Source: Candidatus Bathyarchaeia archaeon (GTDB lineage: Archaea > Thermoproteota > Bathyarchaeia > 40CM-2-53-6). From it: a stretch of DNA of 64,000 bases. The DNA is taken from NCBI GenBank assembly GCA_050013255.1, contig JBEKFP010000001.1:1120001-1184000 (forward strand), given 5' to 3'. The translations under genes were made by a program, and so were the position numbers. The notes beneath the pieces are model-generated. The model was not told the origin of the DNA. It saw only the letters and a program-made list of their open reading frames with translations, and searched no databases. This document shows, in pieces, positions 1-8,802 of this stretch; the first letter of the stretch is position 1; each line of letters starts with the position of its first letter.

Positions 1-217
1 TTCGTATTATCCCGGCGAACCAACTTTCGTAGAGAGGTTTCTGATAAAATACGGTTTGGTTGAAAGGGTCCTGGACCCAGGTCGAATCGCTCAAAGGGCC
101 CTTGCCATATCAAAGAGCGATGACTTTCGTGAATTCTACCAGAAGAAATCAGCTAAGTTAGTGCGAAGTATGGAGGATCCACTCCGCATCATCGTTCAGC
201 GAATTTTCAAGTCCTAG
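1..217 (+). CDS. C-terminal part of a DUF354-like (glycosyltransferase-fold) protein, 5'-truncated by the window
   Basis: Frame 2 is open to TAG at 215-217: SYYPGEPTFVERFL...G...SMEDPL, matching the typical DUF354 C-terminus; sits next to sugar genes. Confidence 0.6.
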   Translation, partial: SYYPGEPTFVERFLIKYGLVERVLDPGRIAQRALAISKSDDFREFYQKKSAKLVRSMEDPLRIIVQRIFKS

Positions 218-221
218 CCGT

Positions 222-458
222 TTACCGGCCTAGGGCACGCCACAAGTATGAGTCAGTCACTTTCTTCCAAACCAGCAGCCAAATGACCACAATTACACCC
301 GCTAAGGAGTTTCGCGTCACTTGGGTAGCGATGCGTTGCACTATTGTTGCATTACCTAGGTTTATGGAGAAAGCAAACTTCGATATGAGAAGCGTACACA
401 GAAGAAGAATCAACCAGACAAAGACCTCGATCGCAGCTAGTGACAGAATGCGTTTCAA
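222..458 (-). CDS. Small two-TM membrane protein
   Basis: 78-aa hydrophobic ORF; start overlaps the stop of the upstream transferase. Confidence 0.6.
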   Translation of the reverse strand: MKRILSLAAIEVFVWLILLLCTLLISKFAFSINLGNATIVQRIATQVTRNSLAGVIVVIWLLVWKKVTDSYLWRALGR

Positions 459-1462
459 AGCCTAACAGCGACCATTATCCAGTAAGTTAAGAGTGCAAGG
501 CAGGAAGAAACTGCTGTCAGAATCATCATTCCCTTGACGATATCTTTCTCACCGAGCGGCCCTTCAGCCAATATGAGTCGAGCAACTGTGACAGGTGCTC
601 CTTTTTCGGTACTGGCCTTGAGCAATCCATTATCCAATAACCTGATTGGTCGCTGATGGATTTCGCGCCTTTCACGCAGTCCTCCAACTGACGCGAGGCC
701 GTAGAACGCATTCATGATGTGGGGTATCATCGCCACAACCATAACTGTCTCGATCCTGCCCAGGATCGCTAGGGCTCCGAGGGCAGCCCCTACGGCAAGG
801 CTTCCGGTGTCCCCGCCGAAGACTCGTGAAGGGAATCGATTAAAGTAATAAAATGCGAGCATCGCCGCCAACAACCCCGCAGCGAGAGAAGCGGTCTGCA
901 AATCACCTGAGATTAATAGGACGGCAGTTGCTGCAGTCGCGATTATGGCCACAGTGCCAGGCATTGAGCCATTCATAATGTCCATCATGTTAATCCCATT
1001 AGATGTGATTGCGATAGCTATTGGTATTAGGATTGGGTAGACCAACGTAAGCCGCACAGGGCCAATGAGAGGAATAACCGGGTCCGGCACATATGTCCCC
1101 AAGATTAGAATGGGCAAACATGCAACGGCCGTGAGAAGCGGTTTCACCCTGGCGCCTAGGGGCCGCAAATCGTCAACTATGCCTATTCCTCCCGCGATCA
1201 GAACTGTCCCCAGAAAAGCAACAGCTTCGCGAATAGCAGATGGGCGCAGGGCTACATAGCCAGTTATTCCAATTGTCAACCCAAACAAGATAGCCAACCC
1301 GCACATTTCGGGTATTTTCACTTTCGAAAGTTTGTGGACATCCTCGCCCGTTATGCCGCGGCGTTTCATCAGTTTCGCCACTGCGGGAGTGGCTATGAAT
1401 GTCGCAAGGAAAGTGATAATGAAAATGAAAGCAATGCTAGTCACTGAATAGAAATCAAACAT
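455..1462 (-). CDS. UDP-GlcNAc:polyprenyl-phosphate GlcNAc-1-P transferase (MraY/GPT/AglH family)
   Basis: Multi-TM protein with D-V-H-K..PEMCG, GIVDD, NMMD..NG and FGGDTG motifs. Confidence 0.9.
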   Translation of the reverse strand: MFDFYSVTSIAFIFIITFLATFIATPAVAKLMKRRGITGEDVHKLSKVKIPEMCGLAILFGLTIGITGYVALRPSAIREAVAFLGTVLIAGGIGIVDDLRPLGARVKPLLTAVACLPILILGTYVPDPVIPLIGPVRLTLVYPILIPIAIAITSNGINMMDIMNGSMPGTVAIIATAATAVLLISGDLQTASLAAGLLAAMLAFYYFNRFPSRVFGGDTGSLAVGAALGALAILGRIETVMVVAMIPHIMNAFYGLASVGGLRERREIHQRPIRLLDNGLLKASTEKGAPVTVARLILAEGPLGEKDIVKGMMILTAVSSCLALLTYWIMVAVRL

Positions 1463-2843
1463 TCTTCATGCAATCCTTGATAATTCGGGCGAGTTTCTTC
1501 TTGTAATCGTTCACCACTCTCATTGCATTACCCTTCGTTGGTGCTTCTGCTAGAATTCGGAAGATGGGTTCTGTTCCGCTGGGGCGGATAAGTATCCAAG
1601 AACGGGGTGGAATCCATACCTTGATTCCGTCTATGTCTAGGACCTTGCCTTTTCTTGGCAGGTCACGGAATGCTTGTGTTACTTTTGCCTTGATTGAATC
1701 TGGGCATGGCATTTTGTCTTTGACGATGTAGGACTTGGGTAGTTCACCGACCAGTCTTGATAGGGGTCGCTTTTTCTCGGCAAGGATTCGGTAGACCATA
1801 GCGGTCGTGATTCCCCCATCTCGGGCAGCTACGTGGGGTGCGTAGAAGATTCCTCCATTCTCTTCCCCACCAAGGTTAGCCCGTATCTTCAGCATGAGGT
1901 TCGAAACGTACACGCTTCCAACAGGCGTGTATACAACTTCCCCGCCGTATTTCTCAGCAATTTCCTCTATAATCATGGACGAGCTGATCGGTGTTACGAT
2001 CTTCTGCCCGGGATGATTTTCCAGGAAATTTTTCACGATTAGGGCAAATGTATGATCCCCCCAGCAAACGGAGCCATGTTCATCGAGGAAGACGGCTCTG
2101 TCTCCGTCACCATCGAGCGCGACGCCGAAGTCAGCATGAAGGGAGGGGAGGATATCGGAAGTTTTTCGTAAATTTGCTGGTGTTGGTTCTGGCATTCGTC
2201 CTGGAAATGTTCCGTCGATATTGCCATTTACAATGGAGACAGTTCCACCTAATCTTTCAATTAGAGTGGGCATCGAAAGGACGCTGACTCCGTTCGCTGT
2301 GTCGATTAGTACCTTTAGGTGTGCTTGCCGTGGCATTTCGCCCACATTGTCAAGGATGGATCTGATATAGGCTGAGAATTTCTCGGCTACGGGGAGGGGT
2401 TGCTTGATTCTGTCCCAGTCTGTAGCCTTCCACTTTGAATGGAAGTATATGCGTTCAATTTTCAATTCGTCCTCGTGTGGGAGTTCAACTCCCATATTTC
2501 CCATGACCTTCAGCCCATTGTACTCAGGCGGGTTGTGGCTGGCAGTAACCATTATCCCACCTTTGAGCCCCCAATCCTTCGTCAGAAACTGTAGACCGGG
2601 AGTTGTTATCATGCCCAATTTCCAGACCTGGCAACCGACACTAGCAAGCCCGGCGCAGACGATATCTAGGAAGACGGGGCTAGAAACTCGCCCGTCACAT
2701 CCAACGGTCAAATCGGCCCCTTTGAAGTAAGTGCCAGTTGCCATGGACAATTTCAAGACGAGTTCGGGGGTTAGTTCCTTGTTTACAACGCCGCGCACAC
2801 CATTTGTTCCGAAAAGCTTCCTTTCTTCCAACCTAATCGCCAA
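1455..2843 (-). CDS. glmM: Phosphoglucosamine mutase / phosphomannomutase
   Basis: FGTNGVRG, TASHNP, DGDGDR, GEENGG and RPSGTEP motifs. Confidence 0.9.
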   Translation of the reverse strand: MAIRLEERKLFGTNGVRGVVNKELTPELVLKLSMATGTYFKGADLTVGCDGRVSSPVFLDIVCAGLASVGCQVWKLGMITTPGLQFLTKDWGLKGGIMVTASHNPPEYNGLKVMGNMGVELPHEDELKIERIYFHSKWKATDWDRIKQPLPVAEKFSAYIRSILDNVGEMPRQAHLKVLIDTANGVSVLSMPTLIERLGGTVSIVNGNIDGTFPGRMPEPTPANLRKTSDILPSLHADFGVALDGDGDRAVFLDEHGSVCWGDHTFALIVKNFLENHPGQKIVTPISSSMIIEEIAEKYGGEVVYTPVGSVYVSNLMLKIRANLGGEENGGIFYAPHVAARDGGITTAMVYRILAEKKRPLSRLVGELPKSYIVKDKMPCPDSIKAKVTQAFRDLPRKGKVLDIDGIKVWIPPRSWILIRPSGTEPIFRILAEAPTKGNAMRVVNDYKKKLARIIKDCMKNV

Positions 2844-2845
2844 GG

Positions 2846-3952
2846 TTACATTGCGTTCGTTCCCGGTCTTATGCTCGCTTCGATTTCTTTGTACGGGTGA
2901 ATTATGGCATTTTTCCCGATCTTAACTCCGTCGCGGATCTGAACATGCGGCGAAACAATTGATCCAGTAGCGATTCTTACGCCTCTCCCTACCTTCACCC
3001 CAGAAGCCAGGATCGCACCTGAAACAACCGAACCCTTACCTATCGAAACTCCATCGAATAAGATGGAGTTTGAAACTCGTGCCCTACTTTCAATCAACTC
3101 GTCCTTCCCTGCAACGACACGTGGTCCCACCGAAGCCAAACTCTCCACTCGCGAACCCTCGCCGAGAATGACCGGTGCTCGTACCACCGCGCCTCTGGCT
3201 AGGTTCATTTCACCGCCACGCGAAACTAACGGTCGGGCATGTTTTTCAAGTAGTGAAAAGTTCGCCCTTTGATAATCTGAAAGGCTTCCGATGTCGAACC
3301 AGTCGCCTGAAAACGGAAATCCGCTTAGCTTTCCATCGTTAACAAGAACGGGGAATATCTCTCTCTCCAACGAGACCTTACGGTTTGCAGGAATCATTTG
3401 CAGAACCTTAGGTTCAATCACGTAAATTCCGGCGTTAACGAGGCGGCTATGGACTTCCTCCGCCTTAGGTTTTTCAACAAAACGCCGAATCCGGCCTTCG
3501 CTGTCAAGTTGAGCAACTCCAAATCTGGTAGGATCCTTCACTTGGTGAAGAGCGTCTGTAATCATCGCCCCAGTTTGCTCGTGATGGTTCAGCATCTTTG
3601 CGAGGTCGATGTCAGCAATTACATCACCGTTCGTTACAATGAATGTCTCATCAAAACGTGTGTCCTCTGATGCCAACTTTATTGGACCACCGGTTCCCAG
3701 TGGCGCTTTCTCAAGAGAGTACTTGATGCTGATTCCATTGTAATCGGAGCCAACCTCCATCCGCAGCGAATCGGCAAGGTAATTTACTGCTAACACGACT
3801 TCGCCGACGCCGATACCTTTCAAAAGGTCGAGCGTCCAGTAAATCATCGGTTTTCCAAGCACTGGAAAAAGGAGTTTAGGCAAGGCATAGCTGATAGGTC
3901 GAAGGCGAGTCGCATACCCACCTGCAAGAATGACCGCCTTCATACCCTTCAC
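2846..3952 (-). CDS. NDP-sugar pyrophosphorylase (mannose-1-P guanylyltransferase-like) with hexapeptide C-terminus
   Basis: LAGGYATRLRP...PK, LGTGG, NGD and FVEKP motifs; left-handed beta-helix repeats. Confidence 0.9.
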   Translation of the reverse strand: MKGMKAVILAGGYATRLRPISYALPKLLFPVLGKPMIYWTLDLLKGIGVGEVVLAVNYLADSLRMEVGSDYNGISIKYSLEKAPLGTGGPIKLASEDTRFDETFIVTNGDVIADIDLAKMLNHHEQTGAMITDALHQVKDPTRFGVAQLDSEGRIRRFVEKPKAEEVHSRLVNAGIYVIEPKVLQMIPANRKVSLEREIFPVLVNDGKLSGFPFSGDWFDIGSLSDYQRANFSLLEKHARPLVSRGGEMNLARGAVVRAPVILGEGSRVESLASVGPRVVAGKDELIESRARVSNSILFDGVSIGKGSVVSGAILASGVKVGRGVRIATGSIVSPHVQIRDGVKIGKNAIIHPYKEIEASIRPGTNAM

Positions 3953-4469
3953 ACAAGCAGTTCATAGGATGAACCTTGGCGCTATTTGTGCTTCGGAGAC
4001 GGGGCGTATGAGAGGAACCTACACTATCGTTTTGGCCTGTGAAAGACCTATGCGAGTCAGGTTCGGAAAGCTTGGACGCGTGAAGGTAAAGATTGGCCAC
4101 TATCTGTACACTGGTTCAGCTCTAGGGCTCGGAGCCATATCGCTAGAGGGAAGGCTTACGCGGCACAATCGTTCGTTCAAAAAGAAGCGCTGGCATATCG
4201 ACTACCTTACAGCACGCCGAGGCTGTAAGCTCGAGGGAGCCGTTTACCTGATCTCCAACAAACGCTCCGAGTGCAAAATCAACCGAGCGATAAGGAAGAA
4301 CATGAATACGCAGGCAATTCTTCAGCACCTAGGCGCGAGCGACTGCAAGTGTGAAGCGCACTTAGTGAGAGTTACCGAAACCTTGAGCAAAATCAAATTG
4401 CTAAATCGGCTCAAACAAACCTACTCGAGATTTGGAGTGGCGCGCCTTTACTCGGGCGAGGATTTTTAG
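3930..4469 (+). CDS. DUF123 / Uri-superfamily GIY-YIG nuclease (likely start near 4008, MRGTY)
   Basis: GTY..Y.YTGSA, RL.RH, WHIDYL, E-C and GASDC.C..HL motifs. Confidence 0.85.
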   Translation: MTAFIPFTQAVHRMNLGAICASETGRMRGTYTIVLACERPMRVRFGKLGRVKVKIGHYLYTGSALGLGAISLEGRLTRHNRSFKKKRWHIDYLTARRGCKLEGAVYLISNKRSECKINRAIRKNMNTQAILQHLGASDCKCEAHLVRVTETLSKIKLLNRLKQTYSRFGVARLYSGEDF

Positions 4470-5281
4470 ATCGGCTGGCCTTCTTCCCATCTTTTCGAGT
4501 ATGCGTCACGGAAAATCCTGATCAACCCTTGGTTTCTCGTATAGTTTGGACGATAGTAGATGGGGCGAGGCACTGCACTCTTCTTCGTAGCCCAGACCAC
4601 GAAAACAAGTTCCTGGTCGTCTACTAGGGTTCCCCTAACAGGGTACCATTCCTCGGCGCAGTGGCGCACTTGAATTCCCACATCGCGGAGTTCTTTGGCT
4701 CGTTTCTTCGTTGAGTCATCCTTCACCATCATCAAAACCTTCATGCCTACTCCCCGGTCGTGGGCTTGGAATAATGATTCACGAACTTTACCGTACCATC
4801 CGAAAGTCTCCGCGAAAATTGACACCTCTTTCAGAGCGTTTCCAAGAATCCGAGCCGTTCGTAATTCCATTTCTGGAAGGTCGCGTAAAGGTTCGATGAT
4901 TTCTTCGGGCCTAATCCCGAGCCTACTTTCCCAATATGTAGGTTCAAGTAGCTTCTCCAACTCCAAGGCTACAGAGGTTTCCTTGCTCACTTGGCTTTCG
5001 AGTGAACGTTTTCTCTGTTCAAGTATTTTCTGGAGAACCGTGCGGGGCTGGATGACCTCAACCCTGTTGCTTGAGATTCTTACAAGGCCTTTGTCAGCCA
5101 GCGATTTCAACGAATCCTCAGCTATGGCTGCAGGAATTCCGAATGCCGTGACCACTTTGTCTAACATTTCGCCTTCGGGTTGGGAAAGTAGCTTTAGGTA
5201 TACCTTGGATTCGCCAGCGGACAAACCTAGAGCCTTCATCAGCTCCATCGCTTTACCATTATCATCGAACAAATCTCTCAA
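4466..5281 (-). CDS. TrmB-family transcriptional regulator
   Basis: LGLS..ESKVY.LL wHTH, L..L..KGLV, and a PLD-like effector domain. Confidence 0.85.
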   Translation of the reverse strand: MRDLFDDNGKAMELMKALGLSAGESKVYLKLLSQPEGEMLDKVVTAFGIPAAIAEDSLKSLADKGLVRISSNRVEVIQPRTVLQKILEQRKRSLESQVSKETSVALELEKLLEPTYWESRLGIRPEEIIEPLRDLPEMELRTARILGNALKEVSIFAETFGWYGKVRESLFQAHDRGVGMKVLMMVKDDSTKKRAKELRDVGIQVRHCAEEWYPVRGTLVDDQELVFVVWATKKSAVPRPIYYRPNYTRNQGLIRIFRDAYSKRWEEGQPI

Positions 5282-5300
5282 GACTCACATGGGTTGCTTT

Positions 5301-5408
5301 TGGTGGACCGGGCGGGATTTGAACCCGCGACCTCCCGCATGCCAAGCGGACGATGTGGTCGCATCGTGTTGATTCATCGATGCTCATACCAGGCTGATCT
5401 ACCGGCCC
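5301..5408 (-). tRNA. tRNA-Ala(GGC) with a 30-nt D-arm intron (22/23)
   Basis: After removing a BHB-like intron: GGGCCGG-TA-GATC..GATC-G-TCCGC-TTGGCAT-GCGGG..TTCAAAT..CCGGTCC-ACCA; G3:U70 Ala determinant; CCA encoded. Confidence 0.92.
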
Positions 5409-5764
5409 AACGGTTCGAGTGCTTTCCACCTCCGCCTAAAAACCTTCGTACTACTTTCGTGCACTTCTCCGCCTTTTCAAGCTACAACAGAGGTTTACCA
5501 TTGAAGCTCAATCTTGGCGAACCCGTGTGACATCAATCATTGTCCTGTTACGGAAACTGATTACGAACGGTCTTGTGACGCGAACATATGCCGAAGGCGC
5601 ACATTGATTCGAGCTGCCCGACTGCGCGCTGGCTCGTGTACCAAAGTTCCAAGGCTTTTGGAGTAGGGCGCTTGAGATCAGTCCAGCACTGGATGAAATG
5701 TGTTGCAATTAGAAGAAGGCTTAAGTTGTTGAGCGGAAAGCTGTCTTGCTCGGTGCCGGGGAAC

Positions 5765-5902
5765 GCCGAGGTAGGACAGATTCCCTCGAAAGCTCAGCCT
5801 GGGAGAGCACCCGAACAAATCGTGGTGAAGCTGAAGACCGGGTTGACTACGCTACATAAAGCGTAGGCCAAATCGCGGATTCAAATCCCGCCCTCGGCAC
5901 CA
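5765..5902 (+). tRNA. tRNA-Phe(GAA) with three introns: 5773-5790 (8/9), 5814-5829 (30/31), 5846-5872 (46/47)
   Basis: Cutting at three BHB motifs gives a 77-nt cloverleaf: GCCGAGG-TA-GCTC..GAGC-A-CCCGG-CTGAAGA-CCGGG-TTGTC-GCGGA-TTCAAAT-CCCGC-CCTCGGC-ACCA. Confidence 0.9.
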
Positions 5903-6037
5903 CTTTCCTTTCGCCCTTAATTGAGCAATAAGTAAGACGAATGATGGCTATTCGGCCGACTCTACCAAGCCTCAGGGCCTTCAAAAGGCACATTAGCTTC
6001 CTATTTGCAATAGTCGGACCACTTTAGGTGCAGGCAA

Positions 6038-7492
6038 ATGTCTACTATGCGATCTAGAATACTCATTTCGCTTCTTTTGCTTGCAGCACTGTGGATTCCA
6101 TTGTTGTCTATCCCAAATGGGAGCAGTCAATCTGCAGCAGTAACAACGACGATGACCGTTAATCAGCCCCCCTCAGGTCAGTGTTCCGAAACTTCCCTTG
6201 CTTTCTCAGCACAAGCGAGGAAGGAAATCACAGGGACATATGGGTCGGATGCGCCAATCAATTTCTACATATTGTCCCAGAAGGATTTTGACGCCATTCA
6301 AAACCCAAATTGCAATCTTCCGACAACCGCAACGCCTCTTTTCATTGATGTGAACTCAGTCGGCCACGGCAATCCGTATCGCTCCCTGCCCTTTCCAGCC
6401 AACGGAACTTATTATTTCGTTTTCGTCTACTTCAACAAGAGCGTATCTGCACTTGTAAAGGGTTATGCATCTATTGAATTGAGCTTCCCACCTTCCATAA
6501 CTCTAGTTACAACCGTGACCTCATCCACAACTAGCTCCTCGAGTCCAATCGTAACGACGACTCAAAGCACTATTCCAATCGTAACGACGACTCAAAGCAC
6601 TATTCCAATCGTAACGACGACTCAAAGCACCGCAGTTGCCTCCACAACACTATCCTTCGGAACTTTCGGAGTAATCGGGTTAATTGTTGCGATTGCTCTG
6701 ATCGTTTCAGTGATGGTTTTCATGAGACGGGGGAAGTCTCAGACAGCACAGAAAAATGTACTGAACCAGCAGACCGTAAAGAGAGAGATAAGGTTCGAAG
6801 GCCCGCAGCCGGCAATTATCCCAGCAGGGCAAAGCATCTCCACCGGGTATGATGAACTGGACACCGTATTAGCTGGGGGGTTGCCTGTTGGCTACGCGAT
6901 TCTGGTAATGTCTCCACCGTGCGATGAAAGGGACCTACTCTTCACGAAAATCATCGAGTCGAACTTGTCGATCGGAAGCTCGGTATTCTTCCTGTCCCGT
7001 GATCTGAGTAGAACACAGGATTTCGCGAGTCGATACCGGAAGGATTTTTACGTGTTCAGCCCTCAGGCAGACAAGATTACTACCGACAGCGGAAATGTCT
7101 TCAAGATTGCCGGCGTTCAGAACCTCAACGACCTCAACATAACTTTCACGAAAGCCATGGAGACATTGCCCAAAGCTATTTCAAATAAGATTATCATAAT
7201 TGACCTTCTATCCGAAATATTGCTCGAGCACAAATCACTGACAACTCGAAAATGGTTGGACGACTTTATCGGCAAACGCAAGTCAGAAGGTTTCACAGTC
7301 CTAGCAATACTAAACCCGCTGATATCATCCAAACAAGAAAGTCAAACGATAATTGACCTGTTCGACGGCATCATCGAGATCTACGAGAAGGAACTTAGAG
7401 AAAGGGCGCGCCGTTTCCTTATAGTAAAGAAAATGTACGGAAAGAAATACATTGAGTCTGAGCTGATGTTGGACAAAGACAAACTCTTCTAA
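6038..7492 (+). CDS. Membrane protein: signal peptide, extracellular domain, Thr/Ser linker, TM, cytoplasmic KaiC/RAD55-like domain with degenerate P-loop
   Basis: N-terminal hydrophobic signal; TM near residues 208-228; STGYDELD..L.GGLP followed by SPPCDERD in place of Walker A; LFDGIIE and KKMYG. Confidence 0.8.
   Translation: MSTMRSRILISLLLLAALWIPLLSIPNGSSQSAAVTTTMTVNQPPSGQCSETSLAFSAQARKEITGTYGSDAPINFYILSQKDFDAIQNPNCNLPTTATPLFIDVNSVGHGNPYRSLPFPANGTYYFVFVYFNKSVSALVKGYASIELSFPPSITLVTTVTSSTTSSSSPIVTTTQSTIPIVTTTQSTIPIVTTTQSTAVASTTLSFGTFGVIGLIVAIALIVSVMVFMRRGKSQTAQKNVLNQQTVKREIRFEGPQPAIIPAGQSISTGYDELDTVLAGGLPVGYAILVMSPPCDERDLLFTKIIESNLSIGSSVFFLSRDLSRTQDFASRYRKDFYVFSPQADKITTDSGNVFKIAGVQNLNDLNITFTKAMETLPKAISNKIIIIDLLSEILLEHKSLTTRKWLDDFIGKRKSEGFTVLAILNPLISSKQESQTIIDLFDGIIEIYEKELRERARRFLIVKKMYGKKYIESELMLDKDKLF
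6544..6630 (+). repeat. 30-bp tandem repeat, about 3 copies, encoding PIVTTTQST(I)
   Basis: ccaatcgtaacgacgactcaaagcac(tatt) repeated exactly. Confidence 0.95.
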
Positions 7493-7561
7493 TCGCGCAT
7501 TCACTATCATCACGGTCAAAGAGTGCGAATGCTCAGCGACAGTTGAACGGGGGTAGTTCGA

Positions 7562-8323
7562 ATGCGTGTAGGTTTCGTCCAGTTCGATCCTAAGATACTT
7601 GAGGTGGAGGGTAACGTCGATGCGGCTCTTCGTCTTATCGGCGGTAAACGGGCTGATCTTATTGTCCTACCCGAACTGTTCAACACAGGCTACAATTTCA
7701 GGAATCAAGGAGAAGTTGCAAGTGTGGCTGAACCAGTCCCGGAAGGTGCCACGACGCAGGCGCTCAAGGAATTCTCGAAACGGGACGGCATGATGGTGGT
7801 TGCGGGTGTTGCTGAGCGTAAAGGAAGGAGCCTATACAATTCGGCAGTTGTCGTGAAGAACGGCAAGTACATGGGGACCTACCGAAAGGTTCACCTTTTC
7901 TACAATGAAAAGAAGTTCTTCAAGCCCGGCCTTGAGTTCAAGGTATTTGGAAAAGTTGGGGTCATGGTATGTTTCGATTGGTACTTCCCCGAATCTGCTC
8001 GTTCTCTCATGTTGAAAGGTGCTGAGGTCATTGCGCACCCTTCGAACCTCGTTCTTTCCAATTGTCCTGAAGCTATGAAGACCCGTGCTTTAGAGAACAG
8101 AGTCTACGCTGTCACCGCCGATCGTGTCGGTATAGAACGTGGTCTCCGATACATAGGCCAGTCTGAGATTGTTAACCCTCGAGGCCTGATTATTTATCGG
8201 GCATCAGCAACCAAAGAGGAATGTGTCGTGCGGAAAATAGATCTGGCAATGGCTCGCAACAAGACTGTGACACCGAGAAACAATCTTCTTAGGGATAGGA
8301 TGCCCCAAGCGTATTCGCGATGA
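7562..8323 (+). CDS. Carbon-nitrogen hydrolase (nitrilase superfamily)
   Basis: Glu-Lys-Cys triad: LPELF, YRKVHLF, VCFDWYFPE. Confidence 0.92.
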   Translation: MRVGFVQFDPKILEVEGNVDAALRLIGGKRADLIVLPELFNTGYNFRNQGEVASVAEPVPEGATTQALKEFSKRDGMMVVAGVAERKGRSLYNSAVVVKNGKYMGTYRKVHLFYNEKKFFKPGLEFKVFGKVGVMVCFDWYFPESARSLMLKGAEVIAHPSNLVLSNCPEAMKTRALENRVYAVTADRVGIERGLRYIGQSEIVNPRGLIIYRASATKEECVVRKIDLAMARNKTVTPRNNLLRDRMPQAYSR

Positions 8324-8362
8324 TTCCCCGATAAGCCTTTAATTTGAATAAGCTAGTTACCA

Positions 8363-8785
8363 GTGGGAAGAAACTTGCCTCCAGAAATCACAATACGCCA
8401 GATCATGCGAACCATTGTTTCCATAGACTCGAAGGCGAAAGCGAAAGACGCCGCACGGTTGATGGTTGAGAAGCGGATAGGCTCCTTGATCGCCAACAGG
8501 GACGGGTTGCCGTTCGGCATTGTTACCGAGCGCGATTTAGTTGAAAAGATTGTCGCCCATGTTGCTGATCCGTCGAAGGTTACGGTCGCTGACATAATGA
8601 CCGCACCATTGGCTACCATAGATGCGTCAGGCTCGCTTATCGATGCGGCCAGGAAAATGGTGGAGAAACAGGTGAAGCGATTGGTCGTGACTGAACACGA
8701 TAAGATAATTGGAATAATCAGCCAGACAGATTTGGTCCAGAGTATGACGGACTTTCAGAAACTGGCTAAGATGGGTATGGCGTAG
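8363..8785 (+). CDS. CBS-domain pair protein
   Basis: Two CBS repeats (GIVTERD, GIISQTD). Confidence 0.9.
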   Translation: MGRNLPPEITIRQIMRTIVSIDSKAKAKDAARLMVEKRIGSLIANRDGLPFGIVTERDLVEKIVAHVADPSKVTVADIMTAPLATIDASGSLIDAARKMVEKQVKRLVVTEHDKIIGIISQTDLVQSMTDFQKLAKMGMA

Positions 8786-8802
8786 TTTTCTCTGAGCTTG
8801 TC

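Noticed and set aside
4695-5372. Long antisense ORFs (also 14628-15137, 22542-23018, 30353-31027, 39675-40277, 56495-57010)
   Set aside because: They are shadows of well-supported genes on the opposite strand and have no recognisable motifs.
5294-5866. ORFs overlapping tRNA genes (also 31502-31720)
   Set aside because: The sequence is explained by tRNA exons and introns.
6830-7492. Circadian KaiC
   Set aside because: A single domain with no Walker A lysine, membrane-tethered, and no kaiA or kaiB nearby.
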